DNA of 64,000 nucleotides from Fimbriosthenelais zetlandica (Eukaryota). Numbering within the stretch: position 1 is the stretch's first letter; every line of letters begins with the position of its first letter. A program made the translations under genes and the position numbers. Shown here in pieces: positions 39,921 to 51,790 of the stretch. Below the pieces are notes generated by a model. The model had not been told where the DNA came from. It worked only from the letters and a program-made list of their open reading frames with translations, and did not search any database. Location of the stretch: NCBI GenBank assembly GCA_977030845.1, contig OZ365110.1, positions 38,316,001 through 38,380,000 of the forward strand. The letters run 5' to 3'.

Positions 39921-42689
39921 CTATACACGAATTCGCATGACTAAACTATATAAATCATATGGAACTACTTCTATTAAAGGGATAATATTTAGCCATATGA
40001 TTACAAAACCCTTAAACGTTAAGTAATTTGTCAGCAGCGTGGGACCTCAAATACTCAAATGTAAGTTTCAATAATATTTTATAACTATCATCGAACTTTA
40101 AGACGACACTGAATTTTATTTCGAGTTTACGGCCTGCAATTCGCCAATAACAAATTTGTTCATCACTTTTAAACGAAGCCATTTACAAATTCAAACACCC
40201 AAGAAAACATTCAAGGCAGATTATGGTTCTCTGATGATTAAATATCGGTATTTAACTTGTCAGCAGACAGAAGTAAATCTGCATTTCAAACGAAGAGAAA
40301 ATGCAGAATAATGTTATCTTCACGTAATGAAAATTACAAGGCTAGATGTTTACAAGGAACCTTTAATTGCTTTCGTAATTGGGGAAATAATAAAAGGAAA
40401 ATTAGGATTTCCCAGTCGGGTGTTTAAGTAGAAAATACAGAGTTGTTTTGAATAGTAGAATTTTAAATGAATGATTGACTTCCGTATTAGGTTAATGGAA
40501 AATGAAGGGATATATATAATAGAGAGAGAGTGGCGCTTCATTGTAGTAGGCTATACCATATCAGAATAAAGAAGTAGGCTAAGAGAACATTAGTAAACCT
40601 GACAATAACTTGACACAAAGGCCTGGGACGGCAGAGCCTATAGCACAATTCAGCAGGTTGTATCCCATTTTGAAAAGAGATAAGCAGAACTGGAATTTAA
40701 CACCGGCTAATGAAAAGCTGCACTCTGGAACTGCATCTCATCGCCAAGACATAACACTGATCCGATTCCCATGAATTGATAATAACTGACAAAAATGTCA
40801 ACAAATACCCAGGGATTAATCACTCCGGATTAATTAATATGGGCCCAGTATTCATATTTAATTGAAGAGTCTGAGAGGGGTGCTTTCAATAGGTGAGCTA
40901 TCACCCTGCTTCCATGGCATAATGTGCTGTGCTGTTGTAACTGCGATAGCATGGCCATTGTCAGTGGTGTCAGTAAGACATTGAATGAAGGTTGTGCCTT
41001 TCACCAGCTTCGCTTCCATATAAACTCACTGCCAAGGGAGCCTTGCATGGTAATGGCAATGAAGGCCCTGATGACATCATTAGATGCCCTAATCCTGTAA
41101 ATTCAAATGGCCCCATGCCTGCCCTATTCTGGCAAGCGGTGCTTTCCATGCAAACACCACAACCTACACAGCTTTCATTAGAAATTCCGCAGCCTTTAAA
41201 ATAGGTCCCTGTGAGGCGGGGAATATTGACATCAACACCAAATCAAGCGATTATTTATTCTCCACAATGAAGACACCCTCCTAATGACGCCCTAATCTCA
41301 TATCGATCAGAGTGGATCGAATATCAGCCAGAAGGATCCCAGGGAAGGGCTCTTTCCATCCTAATGGAATTTGTCTCAGGAATCCATCATACAATATAAA
41401 CCTACTTTCTGTCCTTTCTCCTACCAGGCAATGCATCAATTAAAAGAAGTTAATGCTGAAGACACACTGTATGTAATCTAAACTTTTAATCCTAAAGCAA
41501 GATAATTGCTATTAATTTATGCAGAAGACTCATTATTGGACAAATTGTTTGGAATCCATCTTATGAGAACAATATTATTGGAGGTATGGGAACGGTATGT
41601 AGAGGAAATTGTAAGAAAGCCCCCTTCCTGATAACAAATCTGGAATGGAGTTGTTCATAATTAATACAAGCTCTTCGAGAGATTCCGACTTATATACTCC
41701 AGTAATCAATCACTTAATGAGGCCCTTAGGACCAATTTGGAGTCAAATGCAAGAAGCCAGAACGTTAAGGCACTTTTTCGCACTAGCCCAAAGCCAGAAA
41801 ACCATCTATTACAAGTTGCTTTTACCTATAAATCAGCAAACTGAAACTGACAGCACCTTTACAGCTTGCTTTTAAGATATTCTCTCTGCCAAATGCGTTT
41901 TCGGCTGCTAAACTACAGGGGACATGTAAATGGGAAAGATAAGATAAGGAGCTAAATGCTGGGTTTTCGACACAAGAAACAAAGTGTGGGCCATAAAAAC
42001 ACTTAATGTTGGCACTGGTCAGAAAATAACAGGAAATTTACAGCATAAACATGGCCTTCAAAAGTACCTGTGGACGGTAAGAGACCCAAATTTTTCATCA
42101 TCTGAAGGCATTAATTTAGTCAGCACAGGCGCTAATGAAAAACAATCATTAATTACTTAATTCAACTGGGCTGGGAGCCATTTATATCACGAACCAAGCC
42201 AGAATTCAAATTAGTTTCCATCCACCAACCCAATATTTTGGAATTTCCCTATTTCCAAGTTTTATTATTCCTGAAATTCCTCATTCCAGCAATTGCTATG
42301 CAAGAACACTGTTATCCACTGGTGCCCTAGCTGGCAATTATCCAAATTTACGTAAGCAAATTACGACTAATCTATGCAATGGGGATTTGGTGGCAAAGTT
42401 TATGATGAATGCGGATTGAACGTAAGCAGGTGCAAGAGAGTGACAACCATGTGATTTAACTGGGCAGAATGAATCCATGGAGGGTGTGAAGAATCTGAAA
42501 TGTCAATTGGAAATCTGGCTAAATTTACCCAACCGTGGGCGGGTATATGAGGAAACTGGTCGGGTACTGGAGTACATATTATATAAACGTAACCGAAAAA
42601 GTCAGTGCTTTCATGGTTCATAAATCATTATGTGATTCTGTACTCTTTTCAAACTCGGTCAAAATGTTCTGAGCTCGGGAAGTTTAAAT

Positions 42690-42691
<2 letters not shown>

Positions 42692-42777
<86 letters not shown>
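42692..42777 (+). repeat. (AG)43 microsatellite, continuing as a degenerate purine tract to ~42950
   Basis: 86 nt of perfect AG repeat, followed by GGAGAG/GGGAA-rich sequence. Confidence 0.98.
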
Positions 42778-42783
<6 letters not shown>

Positions 42784-45700
42784 TAGTGGGAAGGGGGCAG
42801 AGAGGAGAGAGGGGAGGGAAGGGGAGGGAAAGGGAGTGAGCAGGAGGGAGGAAGGGAAGAAATATAGTGGGGAGAAAGATAGGGAGGAAGGGTGAGATTG
42901 TTGGAGAGAGTAGAGAGGAGAGGGAGAGCATTAGGGACAAAGTGAGTGGGTGGTTATGGACCTGTAGGTGGGCTAGTTGGTTAGTTGGGGTGGAAGGTTA
43001 AAAATCAGAATGGATGAGGGACAGGAGACCATGCAGTAAAGTTTGTTTTTAGCCATGGATGTTTTTCTCATTCTCCATGTCAAAGCACCGAACCTATGGA
43101 AGTGCTCGTTTGGAATAATGTAGAGAAAAGCCTCCTGTGTTCACCTCCCCCCCGTCACTTCCGGTTCTCCATTTTCACCATTTTCTCCCGCCATCAGCCT
43201 TACTGCGCCAACCCAAATTGCAAGCAACCTATCACAATTTACCCGACCAAATCCCCACTCGATTTGAAGGGGGTGGGGTGGATGTATGGACATTTTCCCT
43301 CCCTGAAAGTGCTTGGGGGTTAGGAGAGGAAGTCTCAGCTTGAAAATGGTAGCGGTGTTATTATTTTATTTGTGGCACCTGTCTGAAATCTGCTCCACTC
43401 CATCAAAATCAGCAGTTATGGAAAGTTGTGATGGCGCTAGATCGATCCATCATGGTTAGTGGCCATTCACGACTATAGACAGACAATTCACATTTGCCTT
43501 TCACTGCATTGCTATCAATGGTGAAAAACAGCCATTTGAGCCTGGATTAGGCAAATAGGCCTAACAGTACAAAGAAAACACCTTTTCCACATAATAAAGC
43601 GTCAAATCCCCAGACTAAAATGCATCAATTGACTCTTATTTTGTATATACATGAGCGCACTGCAAAAGAACAAATTTCAATATCCACTGTCTTCAGGCAG
43701 CAGATCGCATTCACCCATTGACATTGACGAAGAATATGGACATTGGTTTTTGCTATTTGTTTTAAAGGAACCAATAACGAAAGACAATCTTTGCACCTGT
43801 GTGTTCCAAAAAGCCTTATTTTTCAAGGCCTTCAAGAAATGCTTGAATTTCAAATATGCAATTCATTAAATGCTTGGTAAACAGATATCAGATCAACATT
43901 GAAGTTAGGGTTTTTTTTTCAATATAGCTCGATATAATAATGGCCAGGTAGTGGGATATCCATATATTGTTTGCTACTGAAGATTTGATGCATGCTGTAC
44001 TAACAGTGTGTGTTCCTGCTATAATCCCAAAGCAGCATGGCAGCTCCCACTCGCATATATATATTACATTTCTTCTAGATGCCTCCTATGTACTATTAAA
44101 ACGTCACCACCATGTAAATTTATAAGTCATTGTCTCTCTCAAATCTTAATGAACCCCCTCATCGTGAAAGGAGCATAACGTTAAAAGCTGATATAAATGA
44201 ATAATGGGATCTGTGCAGCTGAAACCAACAGCTGTTCACATAAGAAGACACTTCGATTATTTTCAATGGGCCATGGTGCAGTAGGCAGCCATCATTGAGA
44301 GTGGACCCACCACAAAGGTAAATTATTGGATTGCAGAATATGGCAAGACGCCTTATTGTCAAGGTCCATATAGATTTTCATACCACGGACAAATATACCT
44401 CCAATTCCCTTGTGAAACTGGGAGTTCTTAAGGTGCGAAGAAGGAATATTAGAGAAGGCTATACTATAGCTTCAGAGTGTGGTAGGCCTGAACTGGCTTG
44501 ATGGAACAGCCCGGGGAAAGTGATATCTCCCGCTCCCTCGGGGATGAATGGGGTTCTCAAGTCAGATTAAAACTAAAGGCGCCGGGACAACGCCTTGTGA
44601 GCTCAGGAGGGGGATTTCAGAGATGGATAATATCAGAGTTTACCACAGACAAGTATAAATCCCCATCTAACCCATCCTTCTAAGGTGTGCCCATGGGTGC
44701 CATAAATTCAAAGGCTTCAATAAATCATGTATTCAGTCACGATCAATCGGTATTATATATCAGGGGATGAGGAAAGTTGTGGCTTTGAACTAAAAGCCCC
44801 ATTATACATCCCCATATATAATCCTGATTATAGACATACACAGTGTTGTATTCAAAGACTATAGTCATAAAAATAAGAAATAATGTACGCATGCAATTCA
44901 CCAGTGAGCTACAGAAAACAAAATGTATGGTTATTCAAAATTCAGGAATTGCCTGGGCACATGCCATTCATATAATGGGAGAATTTCGCACAATTGACGT
45001 TTTACGAATATCCCCATTTCTGATGTAGGCCTATATCTAAGGGTCTCAAGAGGGCCTCAGATTAATGCCTATTACATCTAGGAGCGACATTAACGTACAA
45101 GTAATAAATAACACCCATCAGGTGTCTTTTTTAAAGTGTCGGGTGCTGTATGGATGTGTGTTAGTGGTTGGCCATTGCGCCATGTGTCCTCAGGCTAGCC
45201 GTGTAAAACATGGAGGTGAAATAATCGATTCATGTTACCCCATTTATCATTGCCAGAGATGGGCTTGTCTCCGTGCATGTATTGTTTTCACTCAAGTTTC
45301 CAATTGGTTTAAAAAGGAGCGAGAAGTAACAATCACTCCGCGAGGTATAAATTGAAAAGTTGAAAACTATGGAATAAAAGCCTTGATCTAATTAAATATT
45401 CATGAACATTATTTTTTTTGACACAAAATAATAAATATTTAGAGGGTAGAATATGGCTTTGGAATGAGCATCGCTATTTGCTGTCTGTGGCTCATACCGT
45501 TGATCGAATGACCTTACCAATAGAATAAATCATGGAGAAGATTATGATTAATCTTCATGCCTCAATATTTGTGTGGCGAAAGAGGAAGGCTGAATAAAGA
45601 TTGATTTGAAACAAGAGCAAACCAAGGAGAGGAAAAATCGAGACCATACGGTCAGGGCAAACAATATACGAGCCAGTCCTTTGAATTCGGGACACGAATA

Positions 45701-47249
45701 AACTCCTCAGGGCATTTTCATGGACTGGGCATTTTGGAAATTCTAATTGACCGACAAGCAAGCTGATAGTTGGACTAGATACTGAATTATGCAAAGGGGC
45801 TAGACTTGGCTTGTGCAAATATTGAATTGGGATCGAAGCCTTTCCAAAGGAATAATAAGTCCGGGTGTGCTGCCGGTGGAGAAGTGGCCAATTCAAGGTC
45901 CGCAAAAAAACTAGTCCTTGTCTGTCAAGGCTAATCAGGGCTGTGGCACCTGGCTTTGTGTCCGCTTATCCAGGAGGTGGTGTTTTTTGGTCCTCCCTCA
46001 AGGATCCTGTTTTTATACACATCAATCCACGGAGAATTTATCAATATAATCAATTTCTCAACATAATACACTTATCTGTAATGAAGAAAGACCAAATGGA
46101 TGGATTCGCTTAGCCGGTTCGTCCTCTCCATTACCCCCCTCAAGGGATATCGCTTTTCTTCATGAAGAATGTGTACAATCGTTTTTCCTTCAAGTGTATT
46201 TTATGGAGTTTCTTTAACAAATTTATCTTGTGATTTGTCTTTTTTCTCATACTTCTATATGTCTCAGCTTTGAGTAATCTGAATCTGATCGTTTTTACCG
46301 TAAGGCATCAGGGAGTTGTTCAACAGAAAAACCAGGACATCAATTACCAAGGACTAAGTTAGAAAACTAGAGAACTGAATTAGATAGCAACAGGATTAGG
46401 AGAAGGAAGTTGGAATCATTAGGATCTAAATACGCCAATATTAATGTAATGAGACTAATAACTAAGACGGTTTTTAGACATCCGATCTTTCAGACTACAT
46501 TTTATTGTTGCCTCAGGCTAATTCCAAGAAGAAACGTTTGTGTCCTGCACAACAGTTACTGAGTCTATTGCTCTGGTATTTACTGGCTAACATGACCTGA
46601 ATATCTCTACTCCTTTATATTTCTGATGGGAAAATACATCACTATTTACAAATATAGACCTACTGTTATCATATACTTAATACATTGTAATATACATTTA
46701 TCTAAATGTTGATATATATATAATATATATGTGTTTGGGTTTTCAAGGTTAGAAAACCTCCAATTCAATGCAGAAGAACCGTACAAGCTTCTGGCCAATG
46801 AGCAGAACACCAAGCAATTAGAAAAGGATAGCAAGCAAGCACCCCCATTAAATCCATGACATTTTCTTGCTAGATGGAAAATGCAGGGTATGTTAACCCA
46901 GGATTACCATGACATTGGGTCAAGTCACAAGCTTGCCTACCTGATAGCCTGGGCCATAACCCTGTCCATCTCGCTGGTGTTGATCATGGCCCATGACCTT
47001 AAAGTGCTGACGTACACGGTTGGTAACGTGTACATGAGAATAAGTTAAGAGAAAATTAATTCCTCAGCCAAGGCCCCCTTTAGAGTGACATTTGCGAGCA
47101 GGGGTGGAGGATTCATGGGGGTTAGGAGCACCTATAGGTGGAATTAGTCCTGTGTTTTATGGCCATTTTAGTTGAAGCACGACGCACAGCTAGTGTGGCT
47201 GAAGACATCATTACTTTCGGGCTGAGGCCCTTACAAAGCTAGAGTCATT

Positions 47250-47940
47250 CTGCTCACGTAGGAGACGCCAGCGACCGGTGCTCCGCCCTTATAGCAGTGG
47301 CTTCCATTAGTGGGAACCACTGTAGCCGGGCCAGGGCTGGTATTATGCATGCCGGTAAAATTCACATCAACAAGTCAACACACCTTTCTCATTTACTTCT
47401 ACACTCATATATCTGAAAACACCTGCTTTTTACGACAGGCTGCATGCTCCTCAACCTTTAGTCTCTTCCATATTTTCTTCTATTACAATTCCCGTCCAAC
47501 TTCCTATTGCTCATCATCTCTTTCTTGCTTTGGCAAACATTGATCTTCACTTAGTCCCCCGATCCACTCTTCAATTTCTCTTCCCCTCCGCAACCCTTCT
47601 GCTCCTCTTCTCTCTTCTATCTTATACCTCCTTTGCTTTTTTTCTTCCTCCAAATCCTCTTGTCCTCTATACTAAAGAATGCTCTCACACCTTCTCACCA
47701 CCTACGTCTACGACATTATTCTATCCCCATTTTCCTCTCACGCTCTCCCCCTCAACATTCTCATTTCTGTCGCTAAATTATTTCCGGCCTCAACCATTAA
47801 CAGCTGCCTGCCTCAATCTCGTCACAACTTGGCTTCGTTCTAAATTTCATTCAAAAGCTACGGGTGATATTGAACTGGAAGGTTTTAGGAGATAGAAGAT
47901 GTGCCTTTACAAAGTAAACAGCGGAGATGTGTTATTTGAG
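47250..47940 (+). mobile_element. Possible LINE 5' part: GC-rich head, CT-rich tract, APE N-terminal remnant
   Basis: After a ~400-nt pyrimidine tract, the plus frame reads FSFLSLNYF...ACLNLVTTWL...DIELEGFRR*...SGDVLFELR. This resembles the S.LN / TETWL / I.GY..R / GGGVL.Y.R motifs. Confidence 0.4.
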
Positions 47941-48290
47941 TTAAGGAGGAAGGAAGGTCTTGTAGCCTGTTGCTGGCATTTCTACAGACTTGTTTTCAAC
48001 TAATTGATGCACTTCATAGATTCTAGATACATCAGTAAAATCCCCCGAATCGTGCTTTCTAAAAAGATATATAAATTCCAAGGAGACTTTAGAGACTACT
48101 CTGCTCGTGCCATGTTCTTGCTTTTCGTCGGCTTTGATGTGTTCCCTATAACACATCGCGCCTATTTCAACGTGCTTCCCGTCCAAGGGCTATACATTAT
48201 ATCCCTTGATCCAGATTACTGCTCTCAATTTGTCCAACATTTATGGGCAATATTCTATTCCTCGGCTCTCTAAATCACAGGGATTATATC
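47941..48290 (-). mobile_element. Decayed LINE APE fragment (opposite strand)
   Basis: The minus frame reads GIEYCP*MLDKLRAVIWIKGYNV*PLDGKHVEIGAMCYREHIKA...SLEFIYL, resembling DI.C.TETWLD...I.GY..R.DR...GGGV.CYIR..I...LE.IW. Confidence 0.45.
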
Positions 48291-51200
48291 TTATAGATGG
48301 GCAAATCACGGGGGAAATTTTATTGGAATGTCGGGAAGTATCCCTGATGGGCACTTGGCACGTGTCGTCAATTCCATGAAGGGAAATACCTCAATGGGTG
48401 TGGAATGAGTTTACCAGAGCCTCTACAGGTCTTTTATAGATTCCAAAGGGACTATGGCAATCACAATAAACTGTAATTTGTAAGGACTGGGGGGACAAAG
48501 GCCTGGTCTGCAGAAGGTCTGGCAGATCTCTTTATATCCCATTCTTTGAATATTATAAGTCTTGGTACTGCATATTATAAAGAATTTGGCAAAGATCAAG
48601 AACAAGTACAAAGCTCGTTCATTTGCATAATAGCTTGAAGACAGCACAGAGACTGAGAGGTAAAGGACCCCGTAGAGCCACAGGTTCCTCAAAACAGGAA
48701 ATACGTCGGTCTGATATACCAACTGACGACACAAGATTGATTCAAGACAAGTCTTTTCTCCTTTTTTCCCGTTTTTTGGTTGTTGTTGGGGTCTTTTTAT
48801 GTTCTGTCTTATAAGGAAGAACTCAATCTACCCAATTACTAAAGCTAGCTGCTCTGTTTATTGACATCGTGGGGCACAAATCCCTCCTTCCAATCCACTA
48901 ATTAATTGACATTAGCGAGGTCAAGCACTCTGTTGATCTGTGGGACCCAATTTTGATGGAAATGACGTGAGATAGTTAGCCCAATGGGATTATGGTAGTA
49001 ACCTTATGATGGATGTGACTAGCCTGACACCTGGATGAGAGATACCACATGGGACACTGCTTATACATGCAATGACATGCTCTACCTAACTGCTTGCTAC
49101 TTGCTGGTGTGTTGGTTGGAGATTACGTACCCAGCCTGGCCTCCTATCTCCTTTACTCTCCCTCATTAATCACATTCTTAAGGACTTTATAGATAGGACT
49201 AAGACAGACTTATTGGTTTAGGGTACCACTGAGTGACAGCACGCATTTCCATGTCAGCGGTTACATGAATGAAAGAAGAGTCATATAGAAGGGAATTGTG
49301 AAATCATGCAAGGACCTTGACCTTAATAAATTGGAATAAATTCATCAGATTCTGTTCCATTCATGAATATTTCCTATGTAGGACATGTCCTCTTATGACA
49401 CCATGCAGTAGGCTAAAATGACCTAGAAAATTCCATTATAAGGCTTCAAGACCTACCATTGTGAAATCAAACCTATCCATGATTTACATGCATATGAAGG
49501 CAATAAACCATGTATCTATAGAGATATTTATATCCTAAAAAGATTGATAATAGCGACTGTAAAATCATCACATATTGTGATGTGGGTACGGTATAAAATA
49601 AATACACATATATGTATTTAAGTTAGAAAAAAAAGAAAAACAGGATCTGCATATCTCCCACCCACCTACTGAATATGCACACATGTCAGCAGCCATCCTG
49701 CAGCTGCCATCCTAAGATTTGCAGATGATATTTTCCCACCCTTAATGCTTGCAAGCATGGTCAACCAGGCCTTTTCCCGCTGAGAATTACAGCACTCACT
49801 GCCTCACTAATGGGTGTCGTATATATCAATTTATTAATTCTCCCCCATAAACACTGGTATTCAGGGTATGGCCAAATCCTTCCTGCAAAGCTCTTGCTTT
49901 ACCAGAGGCAGCAAGCGCTTTTCAATGCGCTTGATTAGGGCTATCAGTCAGCCGAGAGACTTCATAGAATCTTACCCCTCTTGCCTACCTCCTCTCACAC
50001 CATTCCGATCCCCCCTCCAGGAATCTTTAGATAATACCGCCGTCATAACCCCCGATAAGTGTAAACGAAGGAAAGTGATTAATCTCAATCTCTCTTGTCA
50101 TCCCTTTTGAATCGAGGCTTTTCTTCCAGACCCAGGCTTCTAATCTCAAAGGGTCAAAGATTGCAGCAGGCTCGTTTGTTGGGTCCCATGGGCCGCGAGA
50201 TGTCGAGTTCGCTTTCGTGCTGAGACAAGTTCTCAGATAAATCTTGGTGGTCAGGCCCCAGCGTTATCTTCTGATGGTCAACATGGACTCTGGAGCTGCT
50301 GTAATTGCAGAGGTGGCTTCCATAGAGGACTGTTTATCCTGCAACACTGCCTTCACTTCCAAGCAGCTCACTGATAAATAATGCTGAATATATTACAGGA
50401 AACAGGGCAAAAATCAATGCCTCGGCCAGGATTATTTATAGGGGCCTTGGCCAATTTATTCTTGATTTTAAACCTTTGAATTTTTAATAAATGGCACTAA
50501 GAGACAAGATATATTTCCATACAGTCCACAACGACATGTAATGTTTGATTAATGCATTTCTTTGTGTACCCAAGCTATGGACTGACATCTGCCCTACGTA
50601 GGTGTACATTGTGTGAGGGACAAGTGGGTATATAATTTGGCATATGCATGGGTCGCCTGGGTACACACCTGTTTCGCCCACTCTCAGATATGTAACTCAT
50701 TTCAATATAACTATGTCATTCCAATGGGAATTTTCATGAAAGTAGAAATAGAACGCTTGTGCAACTGGTGCATATCTTTGACAATATTCTGCAGATGGAA
50801 AAGACATGTGAATTTGTTTTTACCAAAGGAGCATGTTATATGCACGTGGATATTGATAAATACAATGCCCAATGGAGCAAGTGGAAGTAGGACATGTATA
50901 AAATGCGACATTGATGGAATTGCTTTCATGCTTCATGGGCAGTAATAATTGGACGTCTCAGAACAGTGCCTGGCTTGGTAATGGATGATCTATTCAATGT
51001 CTCCAAGCCTACAATCTAATCTGGATTCTGATAATTTAAATGGTACTTCAACCTTCCCATTCATGTAATGAGTTCATTTTGAAGCAAGACCGAAATTGGC
51101 ACAGAATGTCTGTCATAAATCTGGTGAAAGTCCAAAGTGGAAGGGCAGAGGATTAATCAGACAAAGGATAGGTTATTGTCCTCTATTCCAAGCGATAAGT

Positions 51201-51489
51201 TGGACCATAAACGTGCAATTTGGTGGTCCCAGCCTGCATCAGGCAAGTTTGATAGATTTGATAGGATCAGCAGAGCGATCGATTGCTCCAAAATTACTAG
51301 CGATTAGATATTAACGTGCCTGTAAAGGGCAGTATCGAATTATGAACAAAACATGGCTATCATTGCCCAATGAGACATTTATTGATAAATTACACTAGTC
51401 TCGATGGCATGTTACATGTTGTTCGTGAGAAGGGATTATAGAATGAGCAATGGGATATTATGCTTTAATATGCTAGGCTGGATTGGGTT

Positions 51490-51790
51490 GGAAGAGGAGA
51501 AATGCCATTCTATCGGGATTTTAGAAAATGAAGGGAACTGGAGATAAAAAGGGGGAGGGGGTTGGAGAATTAAGACAAGAAGAGAGAATGAAAGAAGGGA
51601 GAGGGAGCAGTAGAAGAAGATGGCAAATATAAGAAGGGACAGTCCTTCGGGAAAGTAATCAATAATTTTATAAGGCTCTATGGATAAGAATCCGGGGCTG
51701 GAGAAGCAGATCTAGGGCGAGGGAGAGAAATGGTGGCAGGGTGAGAGGGTTAATGAGGGAGATAAGAGGACTGGCTGGCCATTAAGTGAT
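51490..51790 (+). repeat. Purine-rich low-complexity tract
   Basis: About 300 nt dominated by A/G. Confidence 0.8.

Noticed and set aside
47868-47885. GDIELE as a 2A peptide
   Set aside because: It is not followed by NPGP, and the context fits the APE ..I.GY.. motif better.
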